The notes below the pieces were generated by a model. That model saw only the letters and a list, made by a program, of their open reading frames with translations, had not been told where the DNA came from and made no database searches. 64,000 nucleotides of DNA from Clostridia bacterium (GTDB lineage Bacteria; Bacillota; Clostridia; Oscillospirales; CAG-272): positions 37,556-101,555 of the forward strand of contig JAFVTH010000011.1 in NCBI GenBank assembly GCA_017503285.1, read 5' to 3'. Of this stretch, positions 17,751 to 26,600 are shown piece after piece (position 1 is the stretch's first letter; every line of letters begins with the position of its first letter). The position numbers and the translations under genes are program-made.

Positions 17751-19475
17751 TTAATTGCTTGCTTCGATAACAGCTTTAAGGTCGTCATAGTGGACGGAGG
17801 AGTCAAAGCGGGCAACGATAACGCCGTTTTCGTCAACAATAACCGTCATCGGATAGCTACCAAGACCGCCTAAATCCGTGTAGTATTGGTCAACACCGGG
17901 AACACTGCTTTCCTTGTCAACCAAGAAAATCATCTCGGAGTCAAGATAGATTTTCTCTCCACCAACCACATGGTCCTTTATGTAATTTGGAGCATCGTTT
18001 TCTGCAGTAAAGGCATCGCTTGTGTGGATAGCCACAACAACAACCTGGCCCTTGTAGTCCTCTGCAATCCTATTAAAGTCGGGAAGCTCGGCAACACAGC
18101 CGGAGCACCAAACGCCCCAGAAGTTGATAATTGTAAGCTTGCCTGTTTTTGTTGGGTCAAATGAGAGATATCCGTTTTCATTTTCAACAAAGCCCTGTGC
18201 CTTGTCCTTTTCCTGTGAGTCAGGGGACAAATATCCACCCTCATCAATTGCGTCAAGGGACATAGACGGCGCTTGGTCGCCAACATCAGTACCAAGCTGG
18301 GCAGTAGGCATACCCTCATAAATAAAGTTGTAGTAAATAAGTGCGCCTGCCATTACCACAGCCATAACGGATGCGATAATAATCTTAAATACCTTAGCGC
18401 GCTTTTTGGTTTTTTCACGCTTGATTTCGTTTTCTTCCTTGGCTACCTTAGCCTCATCCTCGCTCATACCGCTTGTGTCAATCTCGTCAGGTGGCAAAAA
18501 GAACTTAGAGCCCTTAAAGGTAATTGCCTTGGTTGGACAAACGTCAATACATTCTCCACAGCTAATACACTCGTGGTCGCCAACGTGCTTAATGTCCATT
18601 TGGCACTTTGAAACACAAAGACCGCAGTTTGTACACTTAGGCTTGTCAACCTTAACGCCAAGCAGGCAGAATTTGTTAAAGAAGCCGTAAATTGCGCCAA
18701 GAGGGCAGAAGAAACGGCAGAAAAATCTGAAAATAAAGATTGAGCCAACAATAAAGCTAACCATAAGGGCAAACTTCCAAGTGAAAAGTGGGCCAAGGTT
18801 TGCAAGCTGGCTTTCGTTTACCTGGTTTGAAAGCAGAGCCACAGCGCCCTCAAGGGTGCCCGCAGGACAAATATACTTACAAAAGGCAGGCAGCGGCACG
18901 TTCCTAAGCCCGTAGGCAATAGGGATAACGACCACAAAGAAAATAAGGATAGGATACTTAAGATATGAAAGAATCCTTGTAAGCTTATTTTTCTTTAGCT
19001 TAGGTGTCTTTATCTTGTGGAAAAGCTCCTGTATAAGTCCAAAGGGACAGAGCCAGCCACAGATGGTCCTACCAAGTATAAGACCATAAAGCATAATAAT
19101 AGCAACTACATAAAACGCCATTGACTTGTTTGCCGCATTAAGCTCAGCCTGAAGTGAGCCAAGAGGGCAGGCAGCCACAGCGCCGGGACAAGAGTAGCAG
19201 TTAAGACCGGGGGCACAAACGCCCTTGGTGTTGCCAACAAAGAACTTGCCTGTAACAAAGCCCTTAAGATGTGCGTTAGTCAAAACAGCAGCATAAAGCT
19301 GGATAAGCTTTCTCTTTGAGGGCTTGATTGAAATAAGCCACTCCTTAAAGGATTTTCTCTTTTTCTTTGGGGGAGTGTCTGTTTTTTCTATTTTTTCCTC
19401 TGTGTTTTCTGCAGAAACTGCGGTAGCATCAGTAGGCTCTTGTTCAAGAGGGGAAACAATCTTTTCGTCTTCCAT
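17751..19475 (-). CDS. Membrane polyferredoxin (NapH/NosR-type CxxxCP modules + two 4Fe-4S motifs) fused via an extra TM helix to a TlpA-like thioredoxin domain (CSGC)
   Basis: Motifs CYSCPGAVAACPLG, CGWLCPFG, CKYICPAG and CRFFCPLG sit in hydrophobic segments. Two ferredoxin motifs follow (CTNCGLCVSKC and CISCGECIDVCP). A TM helix VFKIIIASVMAVVMAGALIYYNF precedes IINFWGVWCSGCVAELPDF (CxxC at 18095..18106). Confidence 0.75.
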   Translation of the reverse strand: MEDEKIVSPLEQEPTDATAVSAENTEEKIEKTDTPPKKKRKSFKEWLISIKPSKRKLIQLYAAVLTNAHLKGFVTGKFFVGNTKGVCAPGLNCYSCPGAVAACPLGSLQAELNAANKSMAFYVVAIIMLYGLILGRTICGWLCPFGLIQELFHKIKTPKLKKNKLTRILSYLKYPILIFFVVVIPIAYGLRNVPLPAFCKYICPAGTLEGAVALLSNQVNESQLANLGPLFTWKFALMVSFIVGSIFIFRFFCRFFCPLGAIYGFFNKFCLLGVKVDKPKCTNCGLCVSKCQMDIKHVGDHECISCGECIDVCPTKAITFKGSKFFLPPDEIDTSGMSEDEAKVAKEENEIKREKTKKRAKVFKIIIASVMAVVMAGALIYYNFIYEGMPTAQLGTDVGDQAPSMSLDAIDEGGYLSPDSQEKDKAQGFVENENGYLSFDPTKTGKLTIINFWGVWCSGCVAELPDFNRIAEDYKGQVVVVAIHTSDAFTAENDAPNYIKDHVVGGEKIYLDSEMIFLVDKESSVPGVDQYYTDLGGLGSYPMTVIVDENGVIVARFDSSVHYDDLKAVIEASN

Positions 19476-19485
19476 ATTTACCCCC

Positions 19486-20310
19486 TTAACCTATACCGAT
19501 ACACTCTTGACAAAGCTTGTTTGCCTTGGCAAGAACAGATTGTACGCCACCGTTTATAATACCTGTGATAAGAAGCACAAGGGCAACGGTAAGCACAACT
19601 AATTGAAGGACTAAAATAATGATTTTTCTGTGCTTTTCAAAAAACGCCTTAGCCCTGCCGAAAATGCTCCTGCCTTCTTCCTTAGAAGATGCAATTTTAG
19701 ACACAGGGTCGGCTTTTTTTGACTCAACCATAGCCGATTTTAGGAACGCAAGCTCCTTTTCATAGCTGGACTTGAACACAAAAACCATAACTATCGAAAG
19801 AACGATTGGAACGATGAGATAAATCAGCATTGCCAAAACGCCCTTGATAACTGTTTCGTTTGGACTTTCTGTAATGCTGTTTGGGTCAAGCAAATAAGCA
19901 AGACAGAAGATGATAGAAGCAATAAGAGATACAGCAAAGACGATACTCAAGGTCATTCTTATGTAGTGCTGTCTTCTTATCTGCTGTTGCTTTTCCTCAC
20001 TTGCTTGGCAAAGAGGGAAGCGCTTGTAAAGATTTTCTAATACTAAAGCCTTGTCAACTGTGCCGACATTCCTTTTTTTCTCCTTAGGGCAGGCGAGGTT
20101 AAGCACAACACCGCCAACGATAAGAGCAAGGAAAATGTAAACAGGAATGGATATTGCTTGAAAATGTGCGCTAATGCTATCTCTTGTAAAGGGGCTGTCT
20201 CCACCTTGATAAATAGAAATACAGGACACAATAAAGCAAATACCAACTGCTATTGCCAGAAGACCAAGGACAATTTCATAGACTAAATGGACAATTTTTG
20301 CCTTCGTCAT
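19486..20310 (-). CDS. Polytopic membrane protein ending in a CxxC motif (…LCQECIGIG)
   Basis: 274 aa with about 5-6 hydrophobic helices. Only a 10-nt gap separates it from the downstream polyferredoxin gene, whose RBS (AAGGGGG) abuts this stop. Confidence 0.55.
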   Translation of the reverse strand: MTKAKIVHLVYEIVLGLLAIAVGICFIVSCISIYQGGDSPFTRDSISAHFQAISIPVYIFLALIVGGVVLNLACPKEKKRNVGTVDKALVLENLYKRFPLCQASEEKQQQIRRQHYIRMTLSIVFAVSLIASIIFCLAYLLDPNSITESPNETVIKGVLAMLIYLIVPIVLSIVMVFVFKSSYEKELAFLKSAMVESKKADPVSKIASSKEEGRSIFGRAKAFFEKHRKIIILVLQLVVLTVALVLLITGIINGGVQSVLAKANKLCQECIGIG

Positions 20311-20669
20311 ATATTACACCCTTCCTCGGTTGTTTTCTGTTAGCATTTTAACACAACATAAAACTAAAGTCAATAAGACACAAAAAAATGAGCCAATAAA
20401 AAGTTGCTAAATTGTAAATTTTTTGTGATTTCTAAAAAAATATTATAACTAAAATTTGTCATGGGAAAGAGGCTCTTAGCTCCTGTGGTTATTGACACCA
20501 GCCCACTTTTCCAACATTATATATAAGGAATTGGTTTACCACTTTAATTTGTTAAACTGATAAAAGATGCTTGAAATTTATAATATTGTGTGTTAAAATA
20601 GTCCCGTATGTTTATCACTTTTATATAATCACACACGTATATAAGAAAAAAGAAAGGCAAAAATTACAC

Positions 20670-23600
20670 ATGAAAAACAAAGTCATTGTAAGGGTGACAT
20701 CGGTTGTCATCTCGCTAATTTTGGCGACAATTTTACTGCTTTCTGTAATCATTCCGTCACTTGGAAAGAGCTATGCATACGACGCTCAGTACATTAGGCA
20801 GTTTACTGATTCTCTTATCACTAACAGGAATCAGTATTTTGATAGCTCAGTTGTTTATGAGCTTCCATCCGGAGTAAAGGATACAGACGAGATATCTGTA
20901 ATTATCAGCCTGTCAAATCCTGCGCTTCTTGATGAATATAACGAAACAAATAAGGAAATGAGCTTTACTGAGTTTGCATTTTCAGAAAGGGCAAATCAGG
21001 TTAGGGCAGAAATCGCCTCTGAAAAGGAGCAAATTTTAGCTACCTTTAAGGAGCAGGGCATTGAGGTAAAAACCGGTGCTGACTATTCTGCTATCCTAAC
21101 AGGCTTTGAGGTTATTATCAAGGCTGGGGACTTTAAGACAATGTCTATGTCCCTTGACAAGGATGTTACCCCAATTGTTTGTGAGGTTTATAAAAAGGCT
21201 GAAACTCAGCTTGTTGAAAATAAGGTTAATGTTAACGAAACCGGTATTTTCAACAGCAAGGAGTATATTGAAAAGTATGGCTATGACGGTACAGGTATGG
21301 TTGTTGCCGTGCTTGACACAGGTCTTGACTATACACACTCCGCATTCTCTGTTAGCAACTTTACCGCTGACAAGACAAAGCTTGGCTTGACAAAGGCTAT
21401 GGTTGCGCAGCTTGTTGGCTCAACAAAGGCAAGCACCTTGCTTCCCGGCCTTACAGAGGACGACGTTTATGTAAATGAAAAGGTGCCATTCTCCTTTGAC
21501 TATGCAGACAGAGACCCGGACGTTTACTCACTACATAATAACCACGGTACTCACGTTTCCGGTGTTATTGTTGGTAAGGACGACACAATTACAGGCGTTG
21601 CGCCAAACGCACAGCTTGTTGCTATGAAAATCTTCTCCGACACTAAGGATTCTGCAATTGCCTCCTGGATTCTTTCCGCACTTGAGGACTGCGTAATTCT
21701 CGGCGTTGACGTAATTAATATGTCACTTGGTACTGCTTGTGGTTTTAGCCGTGAGAGTGACGAGGAAAAGATTTCCGGCGTATATGAAAAAATCCGTGCG
21801 CAGGGCATTAGCTTGGTGGTTGCTGCATCAAACAGCTTTACATCATCCTACGGCTCTGAAAAGAACGGTAACCTTGGTCTTACCTCAAATCCGGACACAG
21901 CTACCGTTGGCTCTCCGTCTACCTACGAGGGTGCGCTTTCCATCGCATCTATCAACGGTATTAAGACACCATACATTCTTTACAATGGCAAGATAGTTTA
22001 CTTTACTGAGTCCAGCGATAGCTCAGCAGAGGAAAGATACTTTGTTGACGGTCTTCTTAAGGAGGGCGTTAACGACATAGAAATTGAATACGTGCTTATT
22101 CCGGGCGTTGGCCGTGATGCCGAGTACACAGGCATCGACGTTAAGGGCAAAATCGCCTTGGTAAAGCGTGGAGATACAACCTTTGAGGAAAAGGCACAGG
22201 CTGCTGAAAAGGCAGGCGCACTCGGCGTTATCGTATACAACAACATTTCCGGTGATATCCGTATGAATGTTGGTACGGTTAAGATTCCTGTTTGCTCAAT
22301 TTCACAGGAGGACGGAGAGGTGCTTGCTGCCGCAAAGCGTGGCACAATCAAGATCAGCAGAGATCAAACCTCCGGTCCGTTTATGTCCGACTTCTCATCC
22401 TGGGGTCCATCTCCAAGCCTTGGCATTAAGCCTGAGCTTACAGCACACGGCGGAAACATTCTTTCTGCTATTACCGGTGGTGGCTATGACCGTCTTTCCG
22501 GTACATCAATGGCTTGTCCTAACACAGCCGGCGTTATTATTCTTCTTCGCCAGTATGTTATTGACAAGTTCCCGGAAATTAAAAACGACCCTGTAAAGGT
22601 TACAGCTCTTGTTAACCAGCTCCTTATGTCAACTGCCGATATTGTTTATAACAAAAACGGCTTGCCATACGCAGTCAGAAAGCAGGGTGCAGGTCTTGCA
22701 AACCTTGAAAGCGCAACTGAAACAAAGGCAATTATCCTTACATATAACAAGGACGGCTCCGTTATGGATAAGTCCAAGCTTGAAATTGGGGACGACGCAG
22801 AAAAGACTGGCGTTTATGAGCTTAATTTCTCCGTTTACAACTTCGGCACAGCCCCGGCGTCCTACATTCTTTCCACCTTCGCAATGACCGAGGGCGTTAG
22901 TGATGTCAGAACACACAAGGGCGAAACAACCGTTACCGAGGAGGGCTATCTCCTTGAGGGCGCAACCGTTTCCTTTACCGTTGAAAACGGCACACAAAAC
23001 GGGGACACCATTACAGTTGAGGCTGGCAAAACCGCAAAGATTAAGGTTACAATCACATTGAGCGACGAGGATAAAAAGTACCTTGACGAGTCCTTTGAAA
23101 ACGGTATGTATATTGAGGGCTTTGTAGAGCTTGATGCAACAGGCGATACAAAGGAAGACCTTTCTGTTCCTTACCTTGCATTCTATGGCGACTGGACAGA
23201 GGCTCCAATCCTTGACCTTGATTATTTCGAGACAAACAAGGACGAGCTTAATGACTCTATCCCAACACTTGATAAGACTCTTCCGGATGCTTACGCAACA
23301 CGTCCGATCGGCGGTATGTTCAGCGACTACATTTCATACCTCGGCTCCTACTACTTCCAGCAAAACCCTGCAAATCAGATTATTTCTGCAAGCAGAGATT
23401 ATATTGCACTTTCCAACGTTTCTGTTTCTGACTACGCAACAGAGGCAGACCAGGATATTGCGACAATCCATAGCCTAAGATTTATTTGGACAGGTATGCT
23501 TCGTAACGCGGAAAAGGTTGTTGTTACAATTACCGATGACGCAACGGGCGAGGTTATACACGAGGTTGTTGATGACGATGTTCGTAAGTCCTATGGCGAC

Positions 23601-26600
23601 GGTGGCTCATATCTTTACCCTGCAAATGTAGAGGTTGAGTTTGATGTGGCAGAGCATAACCTAAAGAATAACACCAAGTACACAGTAAGGCTTGTGGCTT
23701 ATATGGACTACGGCAACGGTGGACTTGAAACAAATGAAAAGAATGTGTTTGAATTCCCATTCACCACAGACTTTGAGGCTCCTGCTGTAACAGACTGCAC
23801 ATTCCGTTCAGAATACGATAGCGATAAGGACAGAATGAGACTGTTTGCATCCTTGGCTGTTTACGACAACCACTACGCAATGAGCATGCAGCCCGGTTAT
23901 ATCAAATCAACAGTTGATGAAAATAACCAAATGTCATACGAGCTTATACCGTTTGAGAGCTATATGACTCCAATTTACTCTGTAAGAAACGGCACAACCT
24001 ATGTTGAATACGAGCTTACAGATTACATTTATGACCTAAAGAACAGCGCCCACGCAAAGAACTCCTTTGTTGTCAGCGTTTATGACTATGCACTTAACCA
24101 CGCAACCTACGAAATCGGCTTGCCGGATGAGTTTGTTGACTTCTTCTTCGACCTCGGCACTGACGAGGAGGGCAATCCGAATACAGGCATTACCCTTAGC
24201 CCTAATGAGCTTTACACAATGAAGCTTAGCGTTTATCCAAACGAGGAGGAGAACGAAAAGTGGGGCGAGCTTCTTGTATTCACATCCTCTGACGAGAGGG
24301 TTGTTAAGATTGTAAATAACAAGCTGGTTGCTTTGAAGCAGGGTAGGGCAACCATTGAGGCTAAGCACCCCAACGACCCAACCAAGAAGGCGTATATGAC
24401 AGTAAATGTCCTTGGGGAAAACGACGAGGGCTTCCAATACTTTGATAAGCCTGTTGCAGAGGTATTTGCAATAAAGGGCTACAAAACCTTGTTTGCCTTT
24501 GATATTATGGATAGCAACGACAAGGATATTGGCGAAACCGGTATAACAAAATTCTTCGGCGCAACCGAGGCACATTCTGTTAAGATGTTCCCATCTGAGT
24601 CAATTCAGCTTCTGTATAGCCTAAAGGCATACTTCCCTGACGATACCGAGATAGTATTTGCAACGGGTAATGACAAGGTTGTTTCCGTTGACCAAAACGG
24701 TGTTATTACAGCAAACGAAGAGGGCTTTTCTAACATTACAATCAGCCTAAAGCTTGATGGCTCATCTACCTTCTACACAGAAACACTTAGCGTAGAGGTT
24801 AAGGATCCGTTTGTAAGAACAGCACCAACCCTTACACACTACTATGGAAACGGTGGTCTTGTTGAAATTCCTGCTGACCTTCTTCTTACTAAAATCGGCG
24901 CATTTGCATTCTCAAATTATGAGTGGGTGCCAAAGACCGAGGCTGAGTATTTAGAGGACGACAGCAGCAGAACAAAGCAAAGCCCAATCGGCAACGATAC
25001 AATTACAAAGATTATTATTCCTGAGGGAATTAAGACAATTGATGCATACGCATTTGCAAGGCTCACAGCCCTTAAGGAGGTTGTGCTTCCTTCCACAATC
25101 GAGAACATCGAATACGGCGCATTTGCAGGCTGTACAAAGCTTGAAAAGGTAACCGGCATTGAGAATGTTCAGCTCATTAACTACGGCGCATTTGAGGGCT
25201 GTAACCTTAAGGGTACATTAAAGCTTGACAAGGCTTGCGCTATTGGTGACTTCTGCTTTGCATCTAACCCTAACCTTGAAAAGGTTGAAATGTCAGACAA
25301 GCTTCAATCCATCGGCGCATCCGCCTTTGCATACTGTCGTAAGCTTACCACAGTAAGCATCGGCGCAGAGAAGGCTAAGCTTGGTACATACGTGTTCTCA
25401 GACTGCTCATCACTAACCACCGTAAAGGCTAACGCAAGCGTTATTCCTGAGGGTGCGTTTATGAACTGCTCCAGCCTTGAGAATTTGACAATCGGTAAGG
25501 ACGTTGGCTACATTGGCGAGCTTGCGTTTGCAGGAACAAAAATCAGCCAGTTTAAGCTTGATAGCGCAAACACAGTATATAAGGTAAGCGCTGACGGTAA
25601 GTATCTCCTTACTAAGGACGGCAAAACACTTCTTCTTGCTGCTCCAACCGAAAGGGGTAGCATTGTAGTTTCCGATGCAAGCATTACAGCAATCGGAAAC
25701 GGTGCATTTGCAAGCAACAAAAATATAACATCTATCAAGGCAACCGGCGTTACAATGGTTAAGGACTATGCCTTCTATGGCTGTTCAGCTCTTACAAGCG
25801 TAACACTTGGCAAGCTTAGTGAAATTGGTAGCTATGCGTTCTACAACACAGCAATTTCCACCTTGCCGGCACTTGACGGACTTGATAAGATTGGCGAAAA
25901 CGCATTTGCATATACAGACCTTACAGTGGTAACAATTCCAAACGGTATGGTTGTCGGAAACGGCGCATTCTACGAGTGCGATAAGCTCCACACGGTTGTA
26001 ATTGGCGACGACGTTGTAATTGGCGATGGCGCATTTATGACAAGCTGGTCAAACAAGGTACCGGTTTATATCAAGGATGATAATTACACAACAAAGGTTT
26101 ACTATCCACATATCCCATCTGCACTTAAGAGCCTGACAATCGGTAAAAATGCAGTAATCGGCGATAGCGCATTCTATGGCTCAAGTGAGCTTAAGGCAGT
26201 TACACTTGATAGCGGTGCAAAAATTGGCAGAATGGCATTCTATAACTGCTATAAGCTTGAAAGCATTGAACTTGAAAACGTAATTACTGTTGGGGAATAC
26301 GCATTCTCCGGTGATGAATATCAAACCGCATCATCTGCTGAGGGCGCCGGCATCGGTGTTGACGAAAAGGGCTACAGCGTTAGCCACATTTACGCAACAA
26401 AGCTTAGTCACATTGCATTTGAAAGGCTTGAGAGCCTTGGCGCATATGCCTTTGCTCTTTGTCCGGAGCTAATTGATGTTCTAATGAGTCAGGATTGCAC
26501 GCTTACAGAAATTCCGGAAAGAGCATTTGCAAAGTGCTACAAGCTAAGCGGCATCAATCTTTCCGAATCTGTTACAAGAATCGGTCTTGAATCATTTGGA

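Noticed and set aside
20571-20669. 33-aa extension of the protease ORF (TTG-type track start at 20571)
   Set aside because: It has no RBS, and its sequence is an AT-rich, promoter-like region. The ATG at 20670 yields a canonical positively charged n-region plus a hydrophobic signal anchor.
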